DNA from: an uncultured Clostridia bacterium
GTDB taxonomy: Bacteria; Bacillota; Clostridia; TANB77; CAG-508
DNA length: 64,000 nt
Reading direction: 5' to 3'
Assembly: GCA_947306755.1 (NCBI GenBank)
Contig: CAMZHI010000001.1
Span: forward strand, 20,089 to 84,088
The notes beneath the pieces are model-generated. The model ran no database searches, was not told where the DNA came from, and worked only from the letters and a program-made list of their open reading frames with translations. Below, piece by piece: positions 40,528-51,096 of the stretch (its first letter is position 1; every line of letters begins with the position of its first letter). A program made the position numbers and the translations under genes.

Positions 40528-42249
40528 ATGGAAAATATTGAAAAGATTTATGATTTATTAGATAGTATAAAAGTCAATCCACAAAACGAAAAAGTAGTTA
40601 CTGAAATTAGAAATTTGCTTGCCTCTGAAAACTATATAGAAGCACTTGCAAAAATGAAAAACTTAAAAGAACTTGAAGCAATATCTATAGAAGATTCTAT
40701 TCTTTCACTTTCTTCAGATAATGAAGAAGAACTTGATAAATACCCTGATGAACTTTGTGATGATAAATTAGAAAGAATTTTTATTGGACTTTTACTAGAA
40801 ACTCCTAAATTAATATCAAAATATTTCTTCTTATTTGATTTATGTGCATTTGATAATGATGATATGCTAAATATTTATAAAAGTATATTATTTAATGAGG
40901 GTGCAAAGTATTCTTCTGAAAAGGCAAAAGATAGATTTAACTTCTCTAAAGATACTCAGGAAGTATATGAACTAAAAAGACAATTATTAAAAGAAGTATT
41001 AGATAAAAATTATAATATTGAGGATATTTATACTAATCTTAAAAAATTATTTATCTTAAGAAAAGCATATTTAGAAACACCAGAAAAAAATATACAAGAT
41101 AAAATAGTTGAAATAACAAAATATAATTTATATTCTAAAATGTCTCCTGAAGAGGTTGTATCAACAATAGAACAAGTAAGAATTACTCAAAAATTCAAAC
41201 AATCTGTATTAAGTAAAAACTTATCTTCGTTCATATCTAGTGGAGAAAGCGAACTTTCAAATGGATTAAATTACCCATTCCCAATTTTATCTTCTATTTT
41301 TAAAGGAATTAGAAAAGGTGAAACATTTGCATATGCTATGCCTTCAAACTACGGAAAAAGTAGAATAGCAACATATTTGGCTGCTTATACATCACTTATT
41401 CATAAAAAAAAGGTTCTTCTTATTTCAAACGAAATGTCAGAATCTAAAATGAAATTATGCTTAATTACTACAATCATCAACAATCCTGATATTCAAAAAT
41501 TACATGGCCAAAAGCTTCACATTTCAGAAACAGAATTGCTAGAGTTAAAATTTAAACCAGATGATAATTCATCTTGTGAAACAGATGAAAATGGCTATAT
41601 TATTAGGGAAGAAAAGGAAAACCAATCACACTTTATTAAAAGGCTAATGTCATTATCTTCAGATTTTAAAAAGACTATAACTGCAATTGATTGGGCAAGC
41701 AAACAAATAAATAATTCTATATATTTTATTAATATAACAGACCATACAAATGATGAATTGAAAAAAGTAATTATTAACTATTACTATAAAGAACATATCG
41801 AATATATTTTTTATGATACTTTAAAACCAGACACTGATAATATTGGTAAGCCTGAAGAAATAAAAAGAACTGCCACTATTTTATCTAATCTATCACAAAA
41901 TTTTAATATATTTATTTGTTCTTCTTTACAACTTGCGGAAAATAAAACTTCCCCTCTAAACTTAGATGTAAATGATTTAGCTGTAAGTAGAACTGTAAAA
42001 GAAGTATTAGATACATTATGCTTATTTAAGCAAATTGATTATAACTCACTAGATGATTATGAATATTCTCTTAATGAAGTAGATACCAAATTTTTTGATA
42101 TTGAAAAATCAAAAAATCCTGATGTAAGATACTATTCATGTGTTATTGATAAAAACAGAGCTGGCGCAAAACCTAGTTTATTATTTAAAATTAATTTAGC
42201 ATATAATAGTTGGGAAGAATTAGGCTATTTAAAACTAAAAGAAAAATAG
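40528..42249 (+). CDS. DnaB-like helicase C-terminal (RecA-fold) domain protein with an unrelated N-terminal region
   Basis: GLNYPFPILSSIFKGIRKGETFAYAMPSNYGKSRIATYLAAY...VLLISNEMSESKM matches the DnaB C-terminal domain Walker A region and the following SLEMs-like motif. Confidence 0.55.
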   Translation: MENIEKIYDLLDSIKVNPQNEKVVTEIRNLLASENYIEALAKMKNLKELEAISIEDSILSLSSDNEEELDKYPDELCDDKLERIFIGLLLETPKLISKYFFLFDLCAFDNDDMLNIYKSILFNEGAKYSSEKAKDRFNFSKDTQEVYELKRQLLKEVLDKNYNIEDIYTNLKKLFILRKAYLETPEKNIQDKIVEITKYNLYSKMSPEEVVSTIEQVRITQKFKQSVLSKNLSSFISSGESELSNGLNYPFPILSSIFKGIRKGETFAYAMPSNYGKSRIATYLAAYTSLIHKKKVLLISNEMSESKMKLCLITTIINNPDIQKLHGQKLHISETELLELKFKPDDNSSCETDENGYIIREEKENQSHFIKRLMSLSSDFKKTITAIDWASKQINNSIYFINITDHTNDELKKVIINYYYKEHIEYIFYDTLKPDTDNIGKPEEIKRTATILSNLSQNFNIFICSSLQLAENKTSPLNLDVNDLAVSRTVKEVLDTLCLFKQIDYNSLDDYEYSLNEVDTKFFDIEKSKNPDVRYYSCVIDKNRAGAKPSLLFKINLAYNSWEELGYLKLKEK

Positions 42250-42270
42250 ACCATTTTATTAATGGTCTAT
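42246..42270. terminator. Bidirectional terminator hairpin shared by the convergent helicase-like and ABC permease genes
   Basis: ATAGACCATT TTATT AATGGTCTAT, a perfect 10-bp stem overlapping both stop codons. Confidence 0.5.
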
Positions 42271-43938
42271 TTTATTAAATAATTGTTTTATATTTAGTTT
42301 TACAATAAAATTTATTATAAATAATATCATCATAAAAATATCTATAAAAATCAAATACGACATTATTATGCTAGTATTATCTAATAGTTTTACTAAATAT
42401 GTAATAAATAGTATCATAATAATAGAAAATGCATATTGAAAAATTTTGTTTTTTGAGTTTTTATTCATTTCAAATTCAGAGTCCCAATTTACATTTGGAT
42501 TTATTAAATCTATAAATAGCATTAATCTACTATTTATGATATTCATCAATAAAATTATTATTAACAAAAAGCATAAATCAAAAAGCTGTATCTGTGGAAG
42601 AATTCTATGTAGAAAAACTATAAATACTATTATAAATGTATTGTTTATCAGAACTTGTACAAATGACTTACATATAAATTGATCATAAAGCTTCATTGGA
42701 AGTTCTTTTATAACCTTTGCATTTTTTCCTTCTCTCGATATCCCTGTAATTGAAATATTAGACATAGCAAATACTATTTGAATTAAAAATAATATAGCTC
42801 CAGCCATTTTCAAATTATAATTAAGATTTATTCTGCCTTCAATTGCTTCCCATTTAAGAAATTCTCTTATTGATGGTACGAATTTTACAGTAAATAGTAT
42901 AATAGTAAACATTAATACTAAAGATGGAAAAACTCCTTGCACAAAAAACGTAGAATTTCTAAATAGTAATTTCAGTTCTTTATTCAAATATGCTATCTTT
43001 TTATTTTTTCTTTTTGTTATTTTTATATTTGCAAATTTGATTAATTTTTTAGAAATATTAAAAGTATTATTTTTTAAAATATCTTTAATATAAAATAGAC
43101 CTTCTCCAAAAATAAAAATCATAAATAAAAGTAAATCTATAAATACTATTTTTAAAATTCCTAATATTTCTTTTAAATTTTGATTAGTTAAAACACCTAT
43201 AATATCATTCACTTGTATTAGGTATTTATTTCCACTTTTTATCTTATCATTAAAATTTAATATATAATCTACTATTTTTTCATTATCTATTTGACCATTA
43301 GTTTCAATTAAAATACCTGTAATAATTTTATATTGTATAAAAAAAACTCCTATTATAGAAATAAAAATTACAAATATCTGAAAAATGTTTTTATTTTTAA
43401 CAAATTTCGAAAACTTCATAAATATTGCCATTAATATACTTACAATTAATACAGGCATAATTGGAAAAATTATTAAAACTCCTGTTAAATATATATAATA
43501 CCATAAATTACAATATGTCATAACTCCATAAATTATCATAGGAAATATTAAAAATATTGCTTCTGAAATGTACATTGTAAATACTATGGTTAAAAACTTT
43601 GCAATAAGTAGTTCTTTAGGCTTTATTGGAAGTGGTAATAACACTTTAAGTTCATTTGAAAAATAGTAATTATTTATACTTATAAGTGTTACTTGAAAAA
43701 GAATAATAATAGAGCTTATCATCCAATAAACACTTAAGAATACTGTATGTTGATTTATATCTCTTAAATAATAAATGATTTTATAACTCAAAAAGCAAAG
43801 TGTAATTATAATAGTTAATAATAGCCAAAAAATCGTATTTTTTTTATTTATTTTTTTATTATCCAAATTTATAAAATCAAATTTCGATAATAAATCTTTA
43901 GATAATATTTTAGTTAAATTTACTATATTATTAATCAT
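42259..43938 (-). CDS. ABC-2-type transporter permease (polytopic, 559 aa)
   Basis: More than 10 predicted TM helices. The start overlaps the ABC ATPase gene by 8 nt, indicating translational coupling. Confidence 0.55.
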   Translation of the reverse strand: MINNIVNLTKILSKDLLSKFDFINLDNKKINKKNTIFWLLLTIIITLCFLSYKIIYYLRDINQHTVFLSVYWMISSIIILFQVTLISINNYYFSNELKVLLPLPIKPKELLIAKFLTIVFTMYISEAIFLIFPMIIYGVMTYCNLWYYIYLTGVLIIFPIMPVLIVSILMAIFMKFSKFVKNKNIFQIFVIFISIIGVFFIQYKIITGILIETNGQIDNEKIVDYILNFNDKIKSGNKYLIQVNDIIGVLTNQNLKEILGILKIVFIDLLLFMIFIFGEGLFYIKDILKNNTFNISKKLIKFANIKITKRKNKKIAYLNKELKLLFRNSTFFVQGVFPSLVLMFTIILFTVKFVPSIREFLKWEAIEGRINLNYNLKMAGAILFLIQIVFAMSNISITGISREGKNAKVIKELPMKLYDQFICKSFVQVLINNTFIIVFIVFLHRILPQIQLFDLCFLLIIILLMNIINSRLMLFIDLINPNVNWDSEFEMNKNSKNKIFQYAFSIIMILFITYLVKLLDNTSIIMSYLIFIDIFMMILFIINFIVKLNIKQLFNKIDH

Positions 43939-44656
43939 CTTTTATTATCTCCATAAATAATTCTTCTAATGATTTATTTTCTTTCAATTCATTTTTTATA
44001 TCTTCATAGGTTCCAACAAATACTAATTTTCCTTTATTTATAATTCCTATTCTGTCACATAGTTTTTCTGCAACATCTAATACATGTGTTGAAAAGAAAA
44101 CACATCTATTTTCATTTGCTAATTTTCTCATTTCTTTTTTTAATTCATATGATGCTTTAGGATCTAATCCAACCATAGGTTCATCTAATATCCAATTTTG
44201 TGGTGAATGAATTAGACTTGCAATAATCATAAGTTTTTGTCTCATACCATGAGAATAACTTTCTATTCTATTATCTAGGTAATTATATAATTCAAATCTT
44301 TTTGATAGATTCTCAATTTTTTTTATTCTTTCTTCTGTACTCATTTCAAATAAATCTGCAATAAAAGTTAAATATTCAATTCCTTTAAGTTTAAGGAAAA
44401 TATTTGGATCATCAGATACAAAACCAATTGCTTTTTTTGCTTCAATTGGATTAGTTATTATACTTTTTCCATCTACTAAAATTTCTCCATCAGTTATTTC
44501 TAAAATACCTGTTATCATATTTATTGTTGTTGTTTTCCCTGCACCATTTGGGCCTAAAAAGCCAAATATTTCTCCATCTTTTATTGTTAAATCTAAATTT
44601 TCAATTACTTTTGTTTTTTTACCATAGCATTTAGTTACATTTTTTATTTCTATCAT
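43931..44656 (-). CDS. ABC transporter ATP-binding protein
   Basis: Walker A GPNGAGKTT, Q-loop, ABC signature YSHGMRQK, Walker B ILDEP. Confidence 0.88.
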   Translation of the reverse strand: MIEIKNVTKCYGKKTKVIENLDLTIKDGEIFGFLGPNGAGKTTTINMITGILEITDGEILVDGKSIITNPIEAKKAIGFVSDDPNIFLKLKGIEYLTFIADLFEMSTEERIKKIENLSKRFELYNYLDNRIESYSHGMRQKLMIIASLIHSPQNWILDEPMVGLDPKASYELKKEMRKLANENRCVFFSTHVLDVAEKLCDRIGIINKGKLVFVGTYEDIKNELKENKSLEELFMEIIKDD

Positions 44657-44679
44657 ACTATTGCACCTTTCTTAAAAAA

Positions 44680-44760
44680 GGTAGGAAGTTTGAGGTCTGA
44701 GGTTGGATTCTACATCCAACCTCTCTCTTCTCACCTCTCACATCTCACCTCTCACTTCTA
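44680..44760. repeat. Family A dispersed imperfect palindrome (GGTAGGAAGTTTGAGGTCTGAGGTTGGATTCTACATCCAACCTCTCTCTTCTCACCTCTCACATCTCACCTCTCACTTC)
   Basis: Lies between the ABC ATPase start and the 449-aa gene stop. Confidence 0.55.
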
Positions 44761-44802
44761 ATTTAGTGTTTTATAACTATAATTTGTCCTATATAATACT
44801 TA

Positions 44803-46152
44803 TTAATCAAAACTAAATGACATTACAAAATCCCTATTTTCTAATAGCTTCATTACTATTGTCATATTTTTGTTATTGGTTTCGTTATCAAGCGGATGAA
44901 TTTGAATATTGTAAGTATATATACCATCCCCTACTTCATTAAATGCTTTGTATTCCGCCTTATTTATATCAAATAAATTGTTATTAATTGTTTCTTCAAG
45001 TATATTAATTGTTTTATAATTATTTTGTTTAAATGTATCATCTAATTTGCTATATATATATTCATAATCTTTGCAGTTTACTGCAGATACAATCTTTTCA
45101 ATATTCATTCCTATTTTTTGCTGATCATTTGCTTTATCATATTTTTCGGTAAATCTATCTGAATCGATTGTATAGTCATCTAATCTTACAAAATATTCTA
45201 TTGATTGAAATCCTATTTGTTTAAATATGTAGTAATAATTATTTTGATCAACACATATAAAATAAGTATTTTCCCCTTCTGTATAATTTAAATATTTTGT
45301 AATATTACTTTTCTTTATTCTAGTATAATTATTTTTTATATAATTTTGAAATTGAGACAAATTGTTAAATTTTTTCATTTTATACCCATCTTCAATATAA
45401 TTGTAAGCTTTTTCTGGGTTTGATAAAGCTATTTGTTTAAATCTTGATATATAATAATTTATTGTCATTTCATCATCCATATAAATATCTTTATATGAAT
45501 TTAATTCATTTTTTTCTATGGTTTGATTTTTATTAATAATATTAATATTTTCAATGTCTTCTAGATTCTCATTTATAGGTTCAACAGAAAAAGTATTATT
45601 ATTAGTGTCAATATTTACATATATATAGAAATCATTCAAAAATTTATAGTCCTGATTAATTAATATACCATATACAAGGTATTTTTCTATTGGATTACTT
45701 ATGTTTACTTCCATCTTAATGCAAATAGGTATTACTTGTTCATCATAGGTTTTTATAAATTGTTGAAAATTGCTTGTATTAATAGAATGATTATTTATAT
45801 ACTCCTCTGATATCAATAGAAGTTGATTTTTCTTAATATCTTCATCTGAAATATTTTTTTCAGAGTTGCTATTTCTATTATAATATATAGATGCATTATT
45901 ATTTATTATATTATAATAACCACTTAAACAATTTTCAATTGTCTTAAATGTATTTATATTTTTTACTTCTCCAGATTTTACATTTAACTCTTCATCAGAT
46001 AACTCAAATTCTCTACTTTCTTCTATAGTATATTCATCTATTTTAACCTTTGGTCCATTTTCTTTATTATTTATTTTAAAAATTATAAACACTATTATTA
46101 CAATAATTATTATAATTAAAAGGAGCATCATTTTTATTATATTTTTTTCCAC
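44803..46152 (-). CDS. Bitopic membrane-anchored hypothetical protein (449 aa)
   Basis: N-terminal TM (MMLLLIIIIIVIIVFIIF) with a large extracytoplasmic N/Y-rich domain. Its start abuts the stop of the upstream hydrolase. Confidence 0.5.
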   Translation of the reverse strand: MEKNIIKMMLLLIIIIIVIIVFIIFKINNKENGPKVKIDEYTIEESREFELSDEELNVKSGEVKNINTFKTIENCLSGYYNIINNNASIYYNRNSNSEKNISDEDIKKNQLLLISEEYINNHSINTSNFQQFIKTYDEQVIPICIKMEVNISNPIEKYLVYGILINQDYKFLNDFYIYVNIDTNNNTFSVEPINENLEDIENINIINKNQTIEKNELNSYKDIYMDDEMTINYYISRFKQIALSNPEKAYNYIEDGYKMKKFNNLSQFQNYIKNNYTRIKKSNITKYLNYTEGENTYFICVDQNNYYYIFKQIGFQSIEYFVRLDDYTIDSDRFTEKYDKANDQQKIGMNIEKIVSAVNCKDYEYIYSKLDDTFKQNNYKTINILEETINNNLFDINKAEYKAFNEVGDGIYTYNIQIHPLDNETNNKNMTIVMKLLENRDFVMSFSFD

Positions 46153-49100
46153 TTACTGTCCTCCCCCTACATACAACACATTTCTTTCATCTTTCATACA
46201 ACTCATAACTACATCTAAAGAATCCCAACCATAAGGTTTTCTATTTGGATTACTTTGAGCTACATACACTGTATCATTCTGAGCATTATAATCTAATAAT
46301 GCCATACAGTGTGAACCACTAGTATATTTACATTGATATACAACAAACCATATTTGTCCACCATTTTGTAAACAATTTATAATTCTTTGTTTATCTCCTT
46401 TTGGACCAATTGAAGTTTGTACATTCAAACCTAATTTATTCCATACTGTTTGCATCCATTCAGCATTTGAATGATTTCCTCTTCCATACATACTTACAGT
46501 TTGTGCTCTAACATGTTCCGGATTAATACTTGGATTATAAGCTGTAGCTATCATTGCTAATGCAGCTGGTCCACATCCTGCTGCTGCCATACTACCAGAA
46601 TCTCCATAGTCATTATCTCTCCATGGTGCATCTCCACCTTGTAAATATAATATGAATTTTTTTCCATAAGAAGCTGTATATGTGCCAAATGATCCTGCTG
46701 CTACTTCTTCAGAAGAATAAGTTCCTTCTACAGCAGTTGGTCTAGTCTTTCCATGAAACTTATCATAATAAAATCTTGCACCACGTTTTCTAACTTCTAA
46801 TCTAGATCCACCTGATCTTTCAAACCATCCATCAAACCAAACTGCTGCTTCTTCTGGAGTATCTGCATTTATAAAACTATCGTATTGTATCTTATATTCA
46901 GGAAATCTTTGCTTTTCTGCAAAACCATTGCATCCTCCATCTGTTAATTCTGCCTTTAAAAATTCTAATTGTATTGTTTCATCTTTCCATGTTGTTCCTT
47001 TAGATTCAGCATATTTAACAATAGCATCATGTCTTCCTTTACTCCATTGAACAATACCTATTCCAGTTCCTCCAGGTTCTACTCTATCACTATGTATTTC
47101 TTTACCATCATCAGTTTCTGCTGAAAAGTTTCCCATAGCTCCTGCTGCAGCATAATCAGAATAGCCAATATCTTTTAGCATCCACCATAATTTTTCTTCA
47201 ATTCCATTTCCAACAAATCCATCTGTTGTTTTCTTAAATGTAGCTGGATCATACACACCAAAATCATATGTATCTATACCATCATATTTTACTCCTGTCG
47301 CTATATAAATCAAGTATTTAGTTAGATCTAACATATCTGAAATTCCATTATTTGGTTCTTCAATAATTTCAAACAACCATGAGGCACATTCAAATATGGC
47401 ATTTCTAGCTTTTCCATGATTTCTTAATATCGTAACATAGTTTTCTTCACCTGTATCTATTTCAGTTTTTTCTCTAATATCATTTTCCTTAGCTACCCAT
47501 TTTGAACCATCGCTTGTAGTTTGATATTCAAAATCTTGCTTATAATCTACTATCCATACATTTGCTCTTGTTAATGCAGTTTCAATCGTATTATTTCTAT
47601 AGGTAGTTGTAGTAATTTTCTGAAACACTGCCCTCTCTGGACCATATATTATTTCTCCATTACTATCCCTACCTTTTGCAACATAAATAGTACTCCAATA
47701 ATCTTCAGAGTTCTGTGATGTTGTCTCACTGAAATTATCATGTACTGTTATCTCTATTTCACTATTATATACAAGATCTGCAAGCTCCATGACAAAATCT
47801 TTATCCTCTGTTATTACAAGATGTGCCCACAAATAATTAAAAGGTAAAATATATCCACTCAAAAAATCTTGATAATTTATATTTTGAGATGTCATATTAT
47901 ATGTAACATCTGTATATCCATCTTTTCCTGGTTCTGTATATTCTACATTTGTAATAGTTTGGTTCCATGTTGCAACTTTTACATAATATGTGGTTTCAGT
48001 GTTTGCAATATTTGCATCTCCAATTGCATTACCTGATTCATAATCATAATAAAATTCACCAATTCTAGCTCTATTTTCCTCACTTGTATATCCAAATGGA
48101 TCTGATTCCTCATTATCAGGATTTCCCCATCCCCAGAATGTATAATGACTTTCATAATAATTATCTATATGTGTTTTAAATTGAATATATGATTCTCTAG
48201 AATATTTTATATTAACACCGTCATTATATGCATCATAATCTTTTCCTGACCAAGAATCATGTTCATCTATATAACCTGGTAAAGTTCTTTTTCCATCAAC
48301 TAAAACACTTCTTACCACAGCCTTTTCTTCCTCTGTAACAGGACTATAATTTCCATCATAATCATATTTGCATCCACTATCAATATACTTTGAAACTTCA
48401 GCAAACCATCCGGAATATTTTACAAAATTATATAAACCTGTTCCTCCAGTTTTTCCTTTATATGACCCTTTCTCTCTTAATTCAAATAAATTTGCTATTA
48501 TAGATGCCTCTGAAGCTGCTCCTCTGGAGTCTTCCCAACCTGGTTCTGAAAAAGAAACCGCTGTTAGAGCAGTTAATTCCTGATCTGTTAATTCATATTT
48601 AGTAAATGGTGATTCTGTTGGCATATTACTTGAACTTGTTACCCCTGAATACACCGCATTTACTAAATAATCATATACTTTTTTATTTGTTTCAGAATTA
48701 TAGTGTGTTGAATCAACAGTTTTATAGCCATTATTTTTTAAATATTGATATAATTCAATATATGATACATTATAAGCTAGTCCTTCTTTAAGCTTTTTAT
48801 TAAATGATTCTATTCCTGAATTACTTGCATACTGATCATCCCATCCTAATGGTCCTACTGCTGCATAATAAACCTTAGCTCCTTTGGATGTCCATTGTGA
48901 TGCTTTATTATTTACTTCTTTAATATAATTATCAATATTTCCTAAATCATTAACTCCCATCCAAATTATTACTTTTGAATTAGCATTAACTATTTGATCA
49001 GCTTGAGGAAACGCTGTATTTTTCATCCACGAATATCCTTGACTTCCTAAACATATAAACTTAGAATCACTTTTAACAGTATCTCTGATTCCCTCTGTAC

Positions 49101-51084
49101 GAGAGTCTCCAATAAAAATAATATTACTTGTTGATTTATTTGCACTAGAACTTGTGCTAGCATTACCAGAACTATTAGTTTGAGTAGTGGTCCTATTTAT
49201 AACTTTAACATTAGTTGTATCAAGTTTTTGAAAATGTTGTGAATCTAAATCTTTATTAGTATCGCCGGCATACTCAAGCCATTGCCATCCGTATTTTGTA
49301 AAAATGTTATAAATATCTGTTCCTTTTGCAATTCTAGCTTTTTTTTCAATATCTGTCCATCCTGTCATTGAATCTCTATATTTATATTTATCCTTATAAT
49401 CAGGATTTCCACCTAGTTCATGTGTAGTATATGCACTTTCTAATGAGACATGGTAGTTTACAATATATGGGTTTATTAATGGGTTTATATCTATACATTT
49501 ACCATAAGCATGATTAGACAAATTATCATATTCTTTTTTTCCATCATTTGCTTTTCTATAGTTAAATGCAGATGTATTGTTTGCCTTTATAGATTTCCAA
49601 TCTATTGCATCATAATTATCTACTAATTCCATTCTTTCAATTGGATACTTTATCTTATATAATTCTTGAAATATAAGTAAAACTTCATCAGCAAGCTCTC
49701 TGCAAACAACCATCTCTCCTTTTTCAACTTTTCCTTCAAAATTATAATATGGTATTATTAAATAAGATAGGTTTGAATAACTACTTAATCTTAATGATTT
49801 TTTCATTCGACTTACTAGATTTTTATTATCTTTATCTACTGTTGAGCTTGTAATATCTCTTTTTTCACCAAGACCTTCACTATCAGTAGTAACAACATTT
49901 TCAGGTGATGCATAATTTACTCTATATGCAGCCATAAATTTATGATTTCCACCTGCATCTAATTGTCCTGTCATAGGTTGTTTTGACTGTATTCTGGTGT
50001 TTGAACCCATATCATACTTGGTACAATTACCGTTACTATCACATGTATCAACAACAAACCAGTGAACAATTTTGTCTCCATCCCCTTGAACAATGATATC
50101 TCCATGTTGAACTTCTGACTGACTTTCAATTTTTCTAAATCCATGTGCTTCTAAAAAATCTGTATCCCATATCGTAATTCCACCAGCTTTTTGATCTGTA
50201 ACACCTAAATTATATAATGATTTTGCTATCAATCTATCACATGAAATATGCTTCATTCCATCTGAAGCTTCTTTTTCACAAGGTGGTATAGTTGTAGAAT
50301 GTCCATATACATATTCTGATCTATGTGCATATACAGTATCTGCAACATCTTTAACAGCTGCAAAAAATTGTTCTGTAGTAAATCCTGCTAAACTTTGACC
50401 TAAATCACCAGTATTGTTAGCCCTATTAACGCCTATAGTAAAATGACTTAATGCCTCTTTTTTGGCTTCTTCAGACCCTGTCCTATTATATTCATCAATA
50501 TTAAATTGATATGTATCAGGATCTACATATGTCATTGTTGTTTTTGTTCCATCAGCATTTGCTCTTTTAAATTTAACTATTCCCTGCACTTCTGATGTTA
50601 AAACCATTTCTTGGCTTTCAGGATTGTCCGAATCTTTGCTATAAGTAAAAAATTTTCTCCAGTCTATTTTTTCATCTGGATTGCTTCTTGTATCTGGAAA
50701 TTGGGTTACTAATTGTGCATCCATTAATTCTTTTAATTCTGCAGCATTATCAAGATATTCATCAACATTTCCACCATTTTCTATAATATTGTCCCAGATT
50801 TCTTGTGCATTATATTTTGTTGTAATCTTTCCGTCTTTGGAAACATTTATTTCGTTAGAATACTTAAAAAAATTATAAGGCACATTTGATTCATCTTTAT
50901 CTTTAAAATTTGCAGTATCAATATCAGAAAAATACATAAATGCAGCTGTCAATATAATTGAAACAATTATTCCTATAATTAAAATTGGTCCAAATGTTCC
51001 AAATACCTGCCTAAATAGACTTTTTTCTTTATTCTCTGCTTTTTTTGTCATTTCATCATTTTTTTCTTCATCCATATAATTCAC
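46153..51084 (-). CDS. Giant membrane-anchored multidomain cell-wall hydrolase (1643 aa): SGNH/GDSL-like, phage-tail-lysozyme-like and C-terminal papain-like cysteine peptidase (C39-like/CHAP/NlpC-P60-like) modules
   Basis: N-terminal TM. IFIGDSRTEGI is a GDSL-like motif. AAAGAMGNFSAETDD...GIGIVQWS resembles a phage-tail/T4SS lysozyme. The C-terminal AAAGCGPAALAMIATAY has a catalytic Cys in the CGP context. Confidence 0.65.
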   Translation of the reverse strand: MNYMDEEKNDEMTKKAENKEKSLFRQVFGTFGPILIIGIIVSIILTAAFMYFSDIDTANFKDKDESNVPYNFFKYSNEINVSKDGKITTKYNAQEIWDNIIENGGNVDEYLDNAAELKELMDAQLVTQFPDTRSNPDEKIDWRKFFTYSKDSDNPESQEMVLTSEVQGIVKFKRANADGTKTTMTYVDPDTYQFNIDEYNRTGSEEAKKEALSHFTIGVNRANNTGDLGQSLAGFTTEQFFAAVKDVADTVYAHRSEYVYGHSTTIPPCEKEASDGMKHISCDRLIAKSLYNLGVTDQKAGGITIWDTDFLEAHGFRKIESQSEVQHGDIIVQGDGDKIVHWFVVDTCDSNGNCTKYDMGSNTRIQSKQPMTGQLDAGGNHKFMAAYRVNYASPENVVTTDSEGLGEKRDITSSTVDKDNKNLVSRMKKSLRLSSYSNLSYLIIPYYNFEGKVEKGEMVVCRELADEVLLIFQELYKIKYPIERMELVDNYDAIDWKSIKANNTSAFNYRKANDGKKEYDNLSNHAYGKCIDINPLINPYIVNYHVSLESAYTTHELGGNPDYKDKYKYRDSMTGWTDIEKKARIAKGTDIYNIFTKYGWQWLEYAGDTNKDLDSQHFQKLDTTNVKVINRTTTQTNSSGNASTSSSANKSTSNIIFIGDSRTEGIRDTVKSDSKFICLGSQGYSWMKNTAFPQADQIVNANSKVIIWMGVNDLGNIDNYIKEVNNKASQWTSKGAKVYYAAVGPLGWDDQYASNSGIESFNKKLKEGLAYNVSYIELYQYLKNNGYKTVDSTHYNSETNKKVYDYLVNAVYSGVTSSSNMPTESPFTKYELTDQELTALTAVSFSEPGWEDSRGAASEASIIANLFELREKGSYKGKTGGTGLYNFVKYSGWFAEVSKYIDSGCKYDYDGNYSPVTEEEKAVVRSVLVDGKRTLPGYIDEHDSWSGKDYDAYNDGVNIKYSRESYIQFKTHIDNYYESHYTFWGWGNPDNEESDPFGYTSEENRARIGEFYYDYESGNAIGDANIANTETTYYVKVATWNQTITNVEYTEPGKDGYTDVTYNMTSQNINYQDFLSGYILPFNYLWAHLVITEDKDFVMELADLVYNSEIEITVHDNFSETTSQNSEDYWSTIYVAKGRDSNGEIIYGPERAVFQKITTTTYRNNTIETALTRANVWIVDYKQDFEYQTTSDGSKWVAKENDIREKTEIDTGEENYVTILRNHGKARNAIFECASWLFEIIEEPNNGISDMLDLTKYLIYIATGVKYDGIDTYDFGVYDPATFKKTTDGFVGNGIEEKLWWMLKDIGYSDYAAAGAMGNFSAETDDGKEIHSDRVEPGGTGIGIVQWSKGRHDAIVKYAESKGTTWKDETIQLEFLKAELTDGGCNGFAEKQRFPEYKIQYDSFINADTPEEAAVWFDGWFERSGGSRLEVRKRGARFYYDKFHGKTRPTAVEGTYSSEEVAAGSFGTYTASYGKKFILYLQGGDAPWRDNDYGDSGSMAAAGCGPAALAMIATAYNPSINPEHVRAQTVSMYGRGNHSNAEWMQTVWNKLGLNVQTSIGPKGDKQRIINCLQNGGQIWFVVYQCKYTSGSHCMALLDYNAQNDTVYVAQSNPNRKPYGWDSLDVVMSCMKDERNVLYVGGGQ

Positions 51085-51096
51085 CCTCTATAATGC

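Noticed and set aside
46153-51084. Possibility that the block is a prophage, because of phage-tail-lysozyme-like and peptidase domains in the giant hydrolase
   Set aside because: No terminase, portal, capsid, tail tube or integrase genes are present. The neighbours are VirB4, VirB6 and VirB3 homologs, so a T4SS-associated hydrolase of the CwlT type is the better explanation.
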